Shown piece by piece: positions 22,293-35,982 of a stretch of DNA of 64,000 nt; position 1 is the stretch's first letter, and each line of letters begins with the position of its first letter. The position numbers were made by a program, and so were the translations under genes. Source of the stretch: an uncultured Planktomarina sp. (lineage in GTDB: Bacteria; Pseudomonadota; Alphaproteobacteria; Rhodobacterales; Rhodobacteraceae). The notes beneath the pieces are model-generated. The model had not been told where the DNA came from. It searched no databases and saw only the letters and a list, made by a program, of their open reading frames with translations. The stretch covers positions 24,265 through 88,264 of the forward strand of contig CAJJBP010000005.1 in assembly GCA_905182425.1 (NCBI GenBank). Direction: 5' to 3'.

Positions 22293-23444
22293 ATGCCGAA
22301 AGATTTAACCTTAACTAACATCGAATCCGTGAAACAACCTGTTGAAATCGCAAATGGTCTACCAAGTGCACATTATATTGATCCATGGGTGTTTGAAGAG
22401 GAAACTGAGGCAGTTATTAAGGCTACTTGGGCAGGCTTGGCTGTGGGTGCAGATGTCCCTGAGCCAGGGGATGCAAAGCCAATAACATTTTTGGGGCTGC
22501 CGCTATTACTTCTCAGGGACAATGACGGCGCAATTCATGTTTTTGAAAATATCTGTCGTCACCGTGGCATGCAGTTGGTTTCAGAGGCCAAAAAGATTGT
22601 TGGTGCAATTCGTTGCCCGTATCATTCTTGGTGCTACTCAACCAAAGGCGCTTTGGTAAGCACACCCCACGTTGGTGGAGCCGGCCACAACACACATCCC
22701 GCAATTGTAAAAAGTGAGCTTGGGCTTAATGAAGTGCGCTGTCACGTTTGGCGTGATGTAGTCTTTATCAACATATCGGGTAACGCACCAGAATTTGAGG
22801 AAGTACATTCAGATCTTATGGATCGCTGGAGTGAGTTTGAAGGTCCTATTCACCATGGTGGCGACGACAGCAAATTCGAGCTTCAGCTAAACGCAAACTA
22901 CAAATTAGCAGTCGAAAATTATTGTGAAAGTTATCACCTGCCCTGGGTTCATCCAGGCTTAAACAGCTATTCACGGTTAGAAGACCACTACAATATCGCG
23001 GAATACGGGAAATTCTCAGGCCAAGGAACACTTGTTTATCGTCAATTCAAAACTGGAGATGGGAAGCCCGCCTTCCCCGACTTTCCAGGATTATCCGAGC
23101 AATGGAACGAAGGAGCGGAATACATAACTGTTTACCCAAATGTTCTATTAGGCATTCAACGGGACCACGCATATGCAATTATTCTGGAACCAAAATCCTT
23201 CGATCAAACTATTGAGCACGTTCATTTCTATTATGCCTCAGACACAACCAGTGAAAAGAACCGTCAAACAAATACCATGCAATGGAGAGAAGTCTTCGAG
23301 GAGGATATTTTTGTAGTACAAGGGATGCAATCGGGCCGTTACGCCCCTACATTTGATGGTGGTCGTTTTAGTCCAGTTATGGACGAACCTACTCATTGCT
23401 ATCACAATTGGGTCGCGAGTCAGATTTCCGCATTTAGGGAATGA
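22293..23444 (+). CDS. Rieske non-heme iron oxygenase alpha subunit (choline monooxygenase/GbcA-like)
   Basis: CRHRG..CPYHSW Rieske motif; NYKLAVENYCESYHLPWVH and EEDI iron ligands. Confidence 0.9.
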   Translation: MPKDLTLTNIESVKQPVEIANGLPSAHYIDPWVFEEETEAVIKATWAGLAVGADVPEPGDAKPITFLGLPLLLLRDNDGAIHVFENICRHRGMQLVSEAKKIVGAIRCPYHSWCYSTKGALVSTPHVGGAGHNTHPAIVKSELGLNEVRCHVWRDVVFINISGNAPEFEEVHSDLMDRWSEFEGPIHHGGDDSKFELQLNANYKLAVENYCESYHLPWVHPGLNSYSRLEDHYNIAEYGKFSGQGTLVYRQFKTGDGKPAFPDFPGLSEQWNEGAEYITVYPNVLLGIQRDHAYAIILEPKSFDQTIEHVHFYYASDTTSEKNRQTNTMQWREVFEEDIFVVQGMQSGRYAPTFDGGRFSPVMDEPTHCYHNWVASQISAFRE

Positions 23445-23448
23445 AAAT

Positions 23449-23658
23449 TTGCGAGATTTGCACGAAAAGATCCTAACCGCCCATAAAATTAAAGATCAGG
23501 AGAAGTTAGTTTTTCTTTATACAGTAGCAGCGGATTTAGAGGAAGACACCAATACTAAGTGCTATTATCTGACATATGCGCATATTTATGCGCTTGAAAT
23601 GGGGCTTTCAGCCACCAAAATACTTTCAAAAAGGTTACGCGACTACGGCCGCGAATAA
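23449..23658 (+). CDS. Small hypothetical protein coupled to the Rieske gene
   Basis: TTG start 4 nt after the Rieske stop; LTAH..LYTVAAD..YYLTYAHIYALE. Confidence 0.6.
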   Translation: MRDLHEKILTAHKIKDQEKLVFLYTVAADLEEDTNTKCYYLTYAHIYALEMGLSATKILSKRLRDYGRE

Positions 23659-23674
23659 TTTAAAAGTAATAAAT

Positions 23675-23703
23675 AAAAAAGGGGCATGAGCCCCCCTTTT
23701 TTT
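23675..23703. terminator. Bidirectional intrinsic terminator
   Basis: AAAAAA-GGGGC-ATGA-GCCCC-CCTTTTTTT between convergent genes. Confidence 0.85.
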
Positions 23704-23718
23704 ATTAATAAGAATAAA

Positions 23719-26700
23719 TTAGCTACAACCGGAGGTTCCGCCACAAGTGTTGCACTTCATACAAGTACCATTGCGAACCAATGTGTAGTTCCCGCACTCC
23801 CCACAAGGATCGCCCTCGTAGCCCTGCATCTTTGCCTTAGTTCGGCTGTCCATTTGCATAACTGAACTCACGCTTGTTTCAGTAGTTGGCTTTTCAACAG
23901 AAACTGCTGCCTCTGAAAGCGAAGGCATTGCCAACTCAGTATCTAGACCTGCATCAAGTGCGACGGCCGCGGATTGGCCTCCTTGATAAACTACGAAGTC
24001 TTGAGGAACTCTATTTCGATGATAGCCGGTGGAAACCATTTGTTTTAGAACCTCAATGCCTTTTGCCGCCTTAGTTTCCTCAATCCTTTTAATGTTAGAT
24101 TTTCCTTCATCTTCGCCACGGCCTATGTCATCAAACGAAGCACCTTCTGGTTTGACATGCGCTAAATCTGTACGATCAAGATAAGAAACTGCCAGCTCTC
24201 GAAAAATATAATCTAATATAGAGGTAGCATTTTTGATGCTATCATTTCCTTGAACCATCCCCGCGGGCTCGAATTTTGTGAAGGTGAAGGCGTCTACAAA
24301 CTCGTCCAGCGGAACGCCGTACTGTAGTCCAACCGACACAGCGATGGCAAAGTTATTCATCATTGCCCGGAAACCTGCCCCTTCTTTGTGCATATCGATG
24401 AAAATTTCACCTAACTGGCCGTCTTCATACTCACCGGTGCGCAAATAGACTTTATGTCCACCAACGATTGCCTTTTGCGTGTAGCCTCTCCGCCGCGCTG
24501 GTAGCTTGTCGCGATCACGACGGATGACCTCTTTAATAATCACTTTCTCAACAATCTTTTCTGCAAAAACCACTGCCTTTTCATGTGCAGAGCCACTAGT
24601 TAAGATCTCTTCCGCAGCCTCATCGTCCTCAACCAAAGCTGCAGCCAGAGGCTGTGAAAGTTTAGAACCATCGCGATACAGCGCATTCGCTTTAATACCC
24701 AGCGACCAGCTTAGCTCATAAGCTTTCTGGCACTCTTCAATAGTAGCATCATTGGGCATGTTAATCGTTTTAGAGATTGCCCCCGATATAAAGGACTGTG
24801 CCGCAGCCATCATATATATATGGCTATTAACGCTCAAGAAACGCTTACCTTTTTTTCCACAAGGATTAGCACAGTCAAACACACTGTAGTGATCCTGCTT
24901 GAGGTGTGGTGCGCCTTCTAATGTCATTGTTCCGCAGACATGATCGTTTGCAGCATCAATTTCTGCCCGGCTAAACCCTAGGTGACCCAATAAATCAAAG
25001 CTTGAATCCATCATTTTATCAGCTGGAATACCTAAAACACCCGTGCAGAAATCCGCTCCCAAGGTCCATTGGTTAAACACAAATCGAATATCAAACGCAG
25101 AAGGCAAAGCTGCTTCAATTTTGTCTATCTCTACTTTTCCAAATCCATGTCCGATCAGGGAGGTATGATTGATGGCCGGAGCATTGCCAATACTCCCATG
25201 CCCAACCGCGTAACATATAATCTCCTCTGTCTGATTGCTTGCATATCCAAGTTTGGCTAATGCAGCAGGAACCGATCGATTAATAATTTTGAAGTAGCCA
25301 CCGCCAGCAAGCTTCTTGAACTTGACCAAAGCAAAGTCTGGTTCAATACCGGTTGTATCGCAGTCCATAACCAAGCCAATTGTACCGGTGGGGGCAATAA
25401 CGGTCGCCTGAGCATTGCGGAAACCGTGCTTCTCACCAAGGGCAATTGCTTTGTCCCAGCTTTTCTTTGATAATTCAACAAGTCGTTGATCAGGGCAATT
25501 TTTTTGATCTAAAATCAGGGGTTTAATCGGAAGATCTTCGTAACTTTCTACTTCGCCATATGCGGCGCGACGGTGATTGCGCATGACACGTAACATGTTT
25601 TCAGCGTTGCGGTTGTAGCTCGGAAATGGCCCCAATTCTCCAGCCATCTCAGCGGAAGTTGCGTAAGAAATTCCCGTCATTACCGCTGTTAAAGCTCCAC
25701 ACAATGCACGGCCTTCCACACTGTCGTAGCCATAGCCCATGTTCATTAACAGACCGCCAATGTTAGCATAGCCTAAGCCCAATGTACGATAATCATAGGA
25801 ACGTTGTGCAATTTCTTTTGAGGGAAATTGAGCCATCAGTACACTGACCTCAAGGGTCAATGTCCAAAGACGAGTAGCATGGGCATAATCATCGGCCTGG
25901 AATTCATCATTTTCGAAAAATGTTAATAGATTCATCGATGCCAAATTACATGCGGTATCATCTAGGAACATATACTCTGAACACGGGTTAGAGCCACGAA
26001 TTTCACCGTCACCGATGCAGGTATGCCAAGCGTTTACGTGTATCATGGTATTGGATACCTGGATCTGCACATGCCCAAGCGGCGTGCCCAACCTGTCCCA
26101 TAAGTCGCGCGCCTTCATCGTTTTAGAAACTGCACCGTCTGTTCGGTTGATTAATTCCCAATCCGCGTCTTTTCAACGGCGTTAGAAACGCGTCAGTTAC
26201 GCGAATCGAGTTGTTCGAGTTTTGGCCTGAAACTGAGTATAGGCTTCGGAATCCCAGTCGGTATCGTATAGTTGGAAATTCAATGTCGTATGGCCCTGTC
26301 TTGCAATAGTCTACCCGTTTGATATAGGTTTCTGGGACATTGCGACTTTTTTGGCAGCTTTAATAGCCTCTTTTAAGCCATGTTAACTTTTGGATCATAC
26401 GCCGATTGTCATGACGCCATCCCAAGATTTTATTGCATCAAACAGGCTATTAAGTTTTACTTCGTGCATCTTTGAGCCGGCAACTATTGATGCCACCTTC
26501 TGCTCTTCAATAACTTTCCAGTTGATGAAATCTTCAATATCAGGGTGGTCGGCATCGACTATAACCATTTTGGCCGCGCGACGCGTTGTGCCACCCGATT
26601 TATCGCACCAGCAGCGCGATCTCCTATCTTTAAAAAGCCCATCAACCCAGACGACTTACCACCGCCGGACAACGACTCACCTGCTCCCGCAGCGAGGAAA

Positions 26701-27379
26701 AGTTGGTACCCGTGCCAGATCCATATTTAAACAGGCGCGCTTCACGCACCCAAAGGTCCATAATTCCACCTTCATTCACCAAGTCATCTGATACAGATTG
26801 GATGAAACAGGCATGTGGTTGCGGGTGTTCATAACTACTTTTTGATTTTGTGAGCTTGCCTGTTTTAAAATCAACGTAATGGTGACCCTGAGCAGGACCA
26901 TCGATTCCATAGGCCCAGTGTAGTCCTGTGTTGAACCACTGCGGTGAATTGGGAGCCGCGCGTTGCGTTGCTAACATGTAACGCATTTCATCGTAATAAG
27001 CGCTAGCATCCTCTTCTGTGGTAAAGTAACCGCCTTTCCAACCCCAATAAGCCCAAGCACCAGCCAAACGGTCGAAAACTTGCTTCGCCGAAGTTTCACC
27101 ACCAAACTCAGCTTTTGCTGTTGGAACACGTCGACTCAAAAACCTTGGAACGTCAGTTTCACCCACGAACTTTGTTGCTGAAGGGACTCCCGCTTTACGG
27201 AAATACTTCTGTGCTAAAACGTCTGATGCAACTTGTGACCAGCTCTTGGGAACGTCTATGTCCGCCAGGTGAAAAACTATGGTACCGTCTGGGTTACGAA
27301 TCTCACTGGTAGTTTTCGTAAAAACTACGTTTTCGTATGCATCTTCATTTGCTTTGGTGAAACGCCGCTCAATCTTCAT
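23719..27379 (-). CDS. nrdJ: Vitamin B12-dependent (class II) ribonucleotide reductase; several apparent indels in 26030-26700
   Basis: [42 protein letters not shown]-terminal [16 protein letters not shown]. Confidence 0.94.
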
Positions 27380-27484
27380 AATATCTGCCTCAATTAACCG
27401 CTTTTGTTAGCTTAAATTTTCAAAACCCAGCGAATAAAGAGGAACAACGGTCCAGCCGCTTAGCTCAACACAACACTGACTCAT

Positions 27485-27500
27485 ACACCACATCTAGTAC
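27485..27500. promoter_or_regulatory. NrdR box candidate
   Basis: ACACCACATCTAGTAC about 105 bp upstream of nrdJ, with a weaker copy at 27516 (31 bp away). Confidence 0.6.
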
Positions 27501-27763
27501 GCCGGAGCGCCACACACACTAATTGATCGTTTATTTTGTCTTTGGTCAACGAGTTTTTGTGATTTTATTTTGTGAAAAAGGGGTTGACGTCAGCAACTCT
27601 ACGATTCGTAGAACTGATGCAGCAATTTGCATAAATTTTATTTAAATTAGACAGTGGGATGGATCAATAAACTCAACCTTAAAAAAATAACATTAGAGAA
27701 TAAACTGGCTGAATGGTATGTGCGATTTAATCGCAACACTATAATCAATGAAGTTTGAAAATG

Positions 27764-27840
27764 TGGTCGGGGCGGCGAGATTCGAACTCACGACCCCCTG
27801 TACCCAAAACAGGTGCGCTACCAGACTGCGCCACGCCCCG
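27764..27840 (-). tRNA. tRNA-Pro(TGG)
   Basis: CGGGGCGTGGCGCAGTCTGGTAGCGC..CCTGT-TTTGGGT-ACAGG..GTTCGAATC..CCCCGACCA. Confidence 0.97.
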
Positions 27841-27887
27841 ACACAATGGCTTCTTTAGGCAATTGCCTTGACAAAGAAAAGGCCTTT

Positions 27888-28395
27888 TCATCCGCAGGAG
27901 GTGGTTTTTTTCAAAATCAACAAAGCTGGGTGTTCTAGATAGGTCCCGCTTTCCATTCTTAAGCTATGTCCCAAACCCGCATTAATTTCCAAAACAAATT
28001 GTATAGGGCCCAAACTCGAACGCGGCGTTAAATCTCCGGGAACCGTATTATGCGCAATATTTCACAAGCTCACCGTATTGATTAAAAAAAAGTATGTCCA
28101 AAGGCATTAAAGTATTTTTCATCCAAAAGGAAACCTGCTGTGGATATTCATAAATAAACAACATGCCTTCAGACTTTGGTAGATGAGATTTAAACATGAG
28201 GCCGAGCTCGCGAGCTTCTGGTGAAGCAGCTAAAACAACATCAAACTTTGCCTTGCCCCATGGGCCACTAAGATGAACATGTTCGTTAACACAATCCGCA
28301 TACAAGGCGGTAGAAATTACGACTGCGACCAAACTAGATAAAAATAGGGTATGGGCCCAGAGCTTAATATTGCCTTTTTTATAAAAAATTTTCAA
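27888..28395 (-). CDS. DUF192 family protein; apparent frameshift near 28055
   Basis: GLMF..GMLFIY..FWMKNTLMPLDILF; the shifted frame continues ..IQFVLEINAG.. Confidence 0.85.
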
Positions 28396-28433
28396 AAGAT
28401 CTCCAAAATTACGATTAAGATAAACGGCCCCAG

Positions 28434-28610
28434 CTACTGGAGCCTTAAGTCAATAATTGGACAGTTAACGAACCGAGTATGGCGACAGAATGGAGAACCA
28501 GTTCTGAGCACTATCGCTGATTCCCTAACATTAAAATTACTTATTCTAAAATAACCGCCATCATAAAACCCTCGGCCCCAAGTTGGCTCCAGCGGTTTTT
28601 TTAAGACCAT
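28434..28610 (-). pseudogene. Possible decayed cold-shock-domain gene
   Basis: PLEPTWGRGFYDGGYFRISNF resembles a degraded CSD start (LEPARVKWF..KGFGF). It sits in the pdxH-DUF192 slot. Confidence 0.35.
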
Positions 28611-28699
28611 GCTCTAAAGTTATGTATTTAAAGCGTAATTGAGCCTATCCGAATCTGTCCGACGGACTGCAGTCACCAAGCTAGGAGTTAGAGGCTCTA

Positions 28700-29305
28700 C
28701 TAGGGAAACAATCTTACTATATTCCATGGATCAGCAGTTTGTGATCGTGTCCATTTAAATCTATCGTGTAGACGTGCTTCGCCATCTGCCCAAAATTCGA
28801 TCTCAACTGGTTCAATACGTATACCACCCCAAAAATCTGGGCGCTTTAAAGCGTCACCATGCTCAGCGCGCACTAACTCAACACGGTCCATCAATACCTG
28901 GCGTGATTCTAAAACCTGGGATTGTTTCGATGCAATAGCACCCACACGGGACAGTTTAGACCGACTTGCAAAATATTCGTCTGCCATAGCTCCCTCTTCA
29001 CGTGTTGCGAAGCCGCGACAGCGTATTTGCCGACGCAAGGATTTCCAATGAAGCACGAATGCTGCTTTTCCTGAACCAAGTGCTTCGGTAGCTTTGGCGC
29101 TAGCGTAGTTTGTATAAAATATAAAAGCATCAGTTTCTATGGTCTTAAGTAATACAACGCGAGCATTGGGCATGCCGGATTTATCCACTGTCGATAGCGC
29201 TATTGCGTTGGGATCATTGAGCTCTAAAGGTTTGGCCTCATCCATCCACCGCTTTGCGATCTCAAACGGGTTATCACCTTTGAAAATTCCAATTCTTTTT
29301 TCCAT
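28700..29305 (-). CDS. pdxH: Pyridoxamine 5'-phosphate oxidase
   Basis: [31 protein letters not shown]. Confidence 0.95.
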   Translation of the reverse strand: MEKRIGIFKGDNPFEIAKRWMDEAKPLELNDPNAIALSTVDKSGMPNARVVLLKTIETDAFIFYTNYASAKATEALGSGKAAFVLHWKSLRRQIRCRGFATREEGAMADEYFASRSKLSRVGAIASKQSQVLESRQVLMDRVELVRAEHGDALKRPDFWGGIRIEPVEIEFWADGEARLHDRFKWTRSQTADPWNIVRLFP

Positions 29306-29366
29306 AGCCGTGGGTGCCTTTGGGTTGATGCAGCAGCATTGTTCGCTTAGACGAGATATAAGGTAA

Positions 29367-30176
29367 ATGTCCATGGGGGAAAGTCCAATGGGACTGATGA
29401 CTGGCAAAAAAGGCCTTATAATGGGGCTGGCCAATGAAAAATCGATCGCCTGGGGTATAGCAGAAGCCTTACATGCTGAAGGCGCTGAGATAGGAATTAC
29501 CTATGTCGGGGATCCTATGAAAAAGAGGGTCTGGCCATTAGCCAAACGTATTTCAGCATCTATTATCTCTGAATGCGACGTTGGCGATCCAGCCTCAATT
29601 GCAGCCTTGATGGACGAGGTAAAATCGGTATGGACTAACATTGATTTCATTGTCCATGCCATTGGTTTTTCAGATAAATCAGAATTACGTGGCCAGTATA
29701 TTAATACCAGTCGCGATAATTTTCTTACAACTTTAGATATTTCTGCCTATTCGTTCACAGCTGTTCTACAATCAGCGCAGGATGTTTTAAGTCCAGGGGC
29801 ATCTTGCCTAACTTTAACATATTACGGTGCAGAAAAAGTCATGCCTAACTACAACGTAATGGGTGTGGCAAAAGCGGCCTTAGAAGCATCTGTTAGGTAC
29901 TTGGCAGAAGACCTTGGACGCTACGGAATACGCGTCAATGCGATAAGTGCCGGAACAATAAAAACTCTAGCCGCATCTGGAATTGGTGATTTTCGTGAAA
30001 TTATGAAGTGGAACGAAACAAATAGCCCTCTTCGACGAACTGTCACTCAGGCGGAGGTTGGAAAATCAGCTTTATATTTGCTGTCAGACCTTGGATCCGG
30101 TGTTACGGGTGAAATACACCACGTAGATGCCGGATATCACGTTATTGGGATGAAAGGTCTGGATGTACCTGACTAG
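29367..30176 (+). CDS. fabI: Enoyl-ACP reductase
   Basis: [36 protein letters not shown]. Confidence 0.95.
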   Translation: MSMGESPMGLMTGKKGLIMGLANEKSIAWGIAEALHAEGAEIGITYVGDPMKKRVWPLAKRISASIISECDVGDPASIAALMDEVKSVWTNIDFIVHAIGFSDKSELRGQYINTSRDNFLTTLDISAYSFTAVLQSAQDVLSPGASCLTLTYYGAEKVMPNYNVMGVAKAALEASVRYLAEDLGRYGIRVNAISAGTIKTLAASGIGDFREIMKWNETNSPLRRTVTQAEVGKSALYLLSDLGSGVTGEIHHVDAGYHVIGMKGLDVPD

Positions 30177-30211
30177 GCTCCAAACCAAATTTTTAGTAGT
30201 TAGGAAATATT

Positions 30212-30715
30212 ATGTCGGACCGCTTACCACATGAAAAAGGCTTTCACGTTAGCTGGGATCAGATGCACAGAGATGCACGCGCATTGGCCTGGCGCCTTGA
30301 TGGACGCGGCCCTGAAGACGGCGCATGGCAAGCTGTTGTTGCTATCACCCGTGGCGGGATGGCTCCAGCGATGATAGTCGCACGAGAGCTTGATATTCGA
30401 AATGTCGACACAGTGAGCGTAAAAAGCTACCAACACCAAGATCGCTCGGAGGCTATTATTTTAAAAGAACCGGATGCGAAATTAATGGGAGATGGCTCAG
30501 GAATTTTGGTTATTGACGATTTAGTTGATAGCGGCAAAACTTTGAAATTGGTTCGAGATAAGTATCCGAAAGCACATTTTGCAACTGTCTATGCAAAGCC
30601 TCAGGGCCGACCAATGGTCGATACCTTTATAACTGAGGTTAGCCAAGACACCTGGATCTTTTTTCCTTGGGATATGGCTCTGCAATATGTGCAACCATAC
30701 CGAGGAACTGATTGA
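30212..30715 (+). CDS. gpt: Xanthine phosphoribosyltransferase
   Basis: [24 protein letters not shown]. Confidence 0.93.
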   Translation: MSDRLPHEKGFHVSWDQMHRDARALAWRLDGRGPEDGAWQAVVAITRGGMAPAMIVARELDIRNVDTVSVKSYQHQDRSEAIILKEPDAKLMGDGSGILVIDDLVDSGKTLKLVRDKYPKAHFATVYAKPQGRPMVDTFITEVSQDTWIFFPWDMALQYVQPYRGTD

Positions 30716-30762
30716 GACAAAATCATCTTATTTAAAAGACTTATGAGTTAAAAGGGTACCGA

Positions 30763-31698
30763 ATGGCACGCAACATTATAATTGATACAGATCCAGGTCA
30801 GGATGATGCAGTTGCCATCCTGCTCGCATTGGCCTGCCCTGAATTAAATGTGCTCGGCATCACCTGCGTGGCCGGAAATGTCCCATTAACACTTACATCG
30901 AAAAATGCGCTTCAAATCTGCGAACTTGCAGGGCGACCCGATGTTCCCGTTCACGCGGGATGTGATCGACCTTTAGGACGTGAACTTGTAACTGCAGAGC
31001 ACGTCCATGGTAGTACGGGTTTAGACGGCGCAACACTCCCAGATCCCAAGATGAAATTACAAGAAAAGCATGGAGTTGACTTTATAATTAAAAGTTTGCG
31101 TGACGGGCCTGAGAAAACTATAACTCTTTGCCCATTGGGACCGCTTACCAATATCGCAACTGCAATAAAACAAGCACCCGACATCAAGCAACGCATTGCT
31201 CAAATAGTTTTAATGGGTGGAGCATACTTTGAAGTAGGTAACATAACCCCTGCCGCCGAGTTCAATATATTTGTTGATCCCGAGGCCGCTAAGCTAGTGT
31301 TTAATTCTGGTATAGATTTAGTGATTGCCCCCCTTGATGTTACGCACAAAGCGTTGACCAGTAAAAAATGGATCACAGAACTTCGCAACCAAAATAACCC
31401 GGTCTGTGAAGCAGTCGCCGGATGGACAGATTTTTTTGAACGCTTTGATTCTGAAAAATACGGTTCATCAGGTGCGCCGTTGCATGATCCTTGCGTGATC
31501 GCTTATCTAATAGCCCCAGAGCTTTTTTCAGGGCGACGCATTAACGTCGAAATAGAGACAAAATCAGAATTGACCCGAGGCATGACTGTTGCAGATTGGT
31601 GGGGTGTAACGGACCGACCCTCAAACGCACTTTTTCTTGGTGACATAAACGCAGATGGTTATTTCTCATTACTCACAAAGCATTTAGCTAAGTTATGA
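30763..31698 (+). CDS. Nucleoside hydrolase
   Basis: DTDPGQDD, HGSTGL, GPLTN, AEFNIFVDP, LHDP. Confidence 0.93.
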   Translation: MARNIIIDTDPGQDDAVAILLALACPELNVLGITCVAGNVPLTLTSKNALQICELAGRPDVPVHAGCDRPLGRELVTAEHVHGSTGLDGATLPDPKMKLQEKHGVDFIIKSLRDGPEKTITLCPLGPLTNIATAIKQAPDIKQRIAQIVLMGGAYFEVGNITPAAEFNIFVDPEAAKLVFNSGIDLVIAPLDVTHKALTSKKWITELRNQNNPVCEAVAGWTDFFERFDSEKYGSSGAPLHDPCVIAYLIAPELFSGRRINVEIETKSELTRGMTVADWWGVTDRPSNALFLGDINADGYFSLLTKHLAKL

Positions 31699-31729
31699 TT
31701 GATTTTAGATATTGTAAGGTAAGAATTTA

Positions 31730-33116
31730 ATGCGCGCATCCTGGGATACATCTTATTTATCACTACCAGAGCAAATGTATAGAAAACAAAAGCCCATACC
31801 AGTACCTAAACCCTCACCTCTGGTCTTAAATACCCAATTAGCTAAGAAACTGGGGGTCACCTTTGGCCCAGATTGGGCTGAGTATATAGCTGGAAACAAA
31901 GTTTCGCAGGGCGCTACACCGCTTACACAGGCTTACGCTGGACACCAATTCGGCAATTGGAACCCACAATTAGGAGACGGTCGCGCAGTATTACTAGGAG
32001 AAGTCACGGGTGAATTTGGTCGCATGGATATCCAGTTGAAAGGATCAGGCCGAACTCATTGGTCGCGCGGAGGTGATGGGCGTGCCTGGTTAGGTCCGGT
32101 TTTAAGGGAATACATTGTGTCAGAAGCAATGCATAAATTAGGTATTCCGACCACGCGAGCCGCTGGCAGCAGCAGGCACGGGCGAAAGTATTTATCGCGA
32201 AGAAGGACCTTTACCTGGAGCCGTTATTTGCCGCACTGCCCCAAGTCATATCCGCGTTGGAACATTCCAGTACTTTTCATCCCGCAATGATCACAAAGCG
32301 TTAGAAGCTCTACTGAGCTACACAATAAATCGCCATTATCCAAAAGCAAAAAATTCCAATGATTTTTTAGAAATGGCTGTTAAAGCTCAGGCTAAGTTAG
32401 TCGCAAAATGGATGGGAGTAGGTTTTATTCATGGCGTCATGAATACCGATAACAGCCATGTTGCCGGGATAACCGTTGACTACGGGCCCTGTGCATTTAT
32501 GGATAATTTTGCACCAAAACGAGTCTTCAGCGCGATAGATCGTCAAGGCCGTTATGCCTACAGCAATCAACCAAACATTGCAGCTTGGAATATGGCTCAA
32601 TTAGCGACAGCTCTGTTACCCTTGGCTAGCAACCGTGACTCTGCCATAGAGAGTTTCACCGAAATAATTAATGGATTTGAAAAAGTTTTTGATAATGAAT
32701 ATAAGCAGATTTTTAACTCAAAACTTGGTCTACCATTACAGGCAGAAAGTGACTTTTTAACAAATAAATTTCTTGAAATGATGGCGCACCAAACCGCCGA
32801 TTTCACTCAAAGCTTTCGTTCTCTCAGTAATCCCGATATTGACCAAACCGTGAAATCCCATCCCGAATTTTCAAAGTGGTACGACCAGTGGAGGGAAATG
32901 GCTGACATATCAAAGCTCAAATCAATAAACCCAGCTATAATTCCGAGGAATCATATTATTGAAATAATGATAAATCAGGCGATCTCTGGAAATATGGATT
33001 ACTTCAGAGAGTTCCACACTGCGTTGGAAAAACCTTATTCAGAAGCTAAAAATTTGTTATTTATCAACCCACCAACATCTAAAGAAGTTGTTAAAAATAC
33101 ATTTTGTGGAACTTAA
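31730..33116 (+). CDS. selO: Protein adenylyltransferase SelO/YdiU; apparent frameshift near 32160
   Basis: AYAGHQFG..LGDGRA, QLKGSG..GDGRA, GFIHGVMNTDN, DYGP, terminal TFCGT. Confidence 0.9.
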
Positions 33117-33317
33117 TATAGGTCGAATTTATTGCAGTTTTTAACTCAACGCATCACCAACTTTAGTAAGGCAAATATCTCCCGTATTAGATTTGGGTTT
33201 CTATATATGTTGCGGTTTTTGTCAAAATCATCGTAGATGGCCTAAAATATACTTCCTGGCGGCGCAGGTTGGAAAAAAGTTAAGTTTGGTTTACGATATT
33301 TACTACTTTGAACGAAT

Positions 33318-33752
33318 GTGAGTATGACGATGACTAGAAATATAATTCAAAGATGCTCTAAAAGTGGCCTTCGCATGACAGAACAGCGTCGCGTTGTGGC
33401 ACAGGTTTTGGAAACTTCGCATGATCACCCCGACGTTGAAGAACTATACGCACGTGCTCTGAAGCTTGATCCTCGTATTTCGATTGCAACAGTTTATCGC
33501 ACAGTAAAATTATTCGAAGAGGCTGGTATTTTAGAGAAACTAGAGTTCGGAGATGGTCGCGCTCGCTACGAGGACGCGGAGCGTGATCATCATGATCACT
33601 TAATCGACATGCAGACCGGCCAGGTGATCGAGTTTGTTGATCCAGAAATTGAACTTCTTCAGGAAAAGATAGCACAAAGATTAGGCTATAATTTAAAAGA
33701 CCATCGGCTAGAGCTATACGGCGTTCCAATTCTGCGCCAAAAAAATGAATGA
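33318..33752 (+). CDS. fur: Fur-family regulator (Fur/Mur)
   Basis: GLRMTEQR, HPDVEELY, SIATVYRT, HHDHLID. Confidence 0.9.
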   Translation: MSMTMTRNIIQRCSKSGLRMTEQRRVVAQVLETSHDHPDVEELYARALKLDPRISIATVYRTVKLFEEAGILEKLEFGDGRARYEDAERDHHDHLIDMQTGQVIEFVDPEIELLQEKIAQRLGYNLKDHRLELYGVPILRQKNE

Positions 33753-34620
33753 CACTAAAGTCGCCGAAAATTTAAAAGCTATTTGTTTAATGGTGATCGC
33801 AATGGCTGCGTTTGCTATTGAGGATTCAATCATAAAAACTCTTTCAGAACGCCTAGCACCAGGCCAAGTTTTGCTAATGATCGGAATCGGTGGCACATCA
33901 GTTTTTTATGTTTTAGCTCACATTAGAAACGACGGGCTGACACGCTCCACAGTAAGCGACCCTTGGGTTATTGCTCGCTCGGTTTCTGAATTGTTAGGGA
34001 CCGCTTTTTTCGTTTTATCACTGACATTGGTACCTATTACGGTCATCTCGGCTGTTATTCAGGTAAGCCCACTACTTGTAACGTTAGGAGCCGCTCTTTT
34101 ACTAGGTGAAAAAGTTGGCTTGCGGCGGTGGAGCGCCATCACACTTGGCCTATTTGGCGTCGGCGTTATACTAAGGCCATGGGACGTAGATTTTCAACCG
34201 GCTGTTTTATTAACGGTTATTGGGGTCATTGGACTTTCTGCCCGCGATCTAGCTACACGTCGCGTCCCGGTGGCAACACCCAATCTTTCATTAGCAATCT
34301 TGGGCATGGGTACGACAATACCGGCGGGCTTATTGTTGATGGGGTTCTCATCGATTATTTTGGTTCCAACATACAATGAAATAATTTTAATCGTATTAAG
34401 TATATTTATAGCTGTTCTAGCTTATAGCTGTATCATCAGAGCAATGAGGATTGGGGAAGTCTCAGCAGTCGTTCCGTTTCGCTACTCACGTCTGCTTTTT
34501 GGTGTTTTTATCGGGGTTTGGTATTTCGGAGAAAGCTTAGATAAATGGACGGTAATTGGCTCAGTAATTGTTGTAACTTCAGGTTTGTATTCCCTATGGC
34601 GGGAAATGCGCCTGAGTTAA
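33745..34620 (+). CDS. DMT/EamA family transporter
   Basis: About 10 TM segments, LLGEKVG.RRW, PFRYSRL. Confidence 0.88.
   Translation: MNDTKVAENLKAICLMVIAMAAFAIEDSIIKTLSERLAPGQVLLMIGIGGTSVFYVLAHIRNDGLTRSTVSDPWVIARSVSELLGTAFFVLSLTLVPITVISAVIQVSPLLVTLGAALLLGEKVGLRRWSAITLGLFGVGVILRPWDVDFQPAVLLTVIGVIGLSARDLATRRVPVATPNLSLAILGMGTTIPAGLLLMGFSSIILVPTYNEIILIVLSIFIAVLAYSCIIRAMRIGEVSAVVPFRYSRLLFGVFIGVWYFGESLDKWTVIGSVIVVTSGLYSLWREMRLS

Positions 34621-35982
<1,362 letters not shown>

Noticed and set aside
26030-26700. Split nrdJ as programmed frameshift, intein or intron
   Set aside because: Total length fits a normal NrdJ, there is no inserted sequence, and the multiple scattered indels match window-wide sequencing error.
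27380-27760. Cobalamin riboswitch upstream of nrdJ
   Set aside because: No B12-box or conserved GGGAA/GCCACTG elements were recognisable; only an NrdR-like box was seen.
33090-33116. Selenocysteine in SelO
   Set aside because: The gene ends TGT GGA ACT TAA, with no in-frame TGA.
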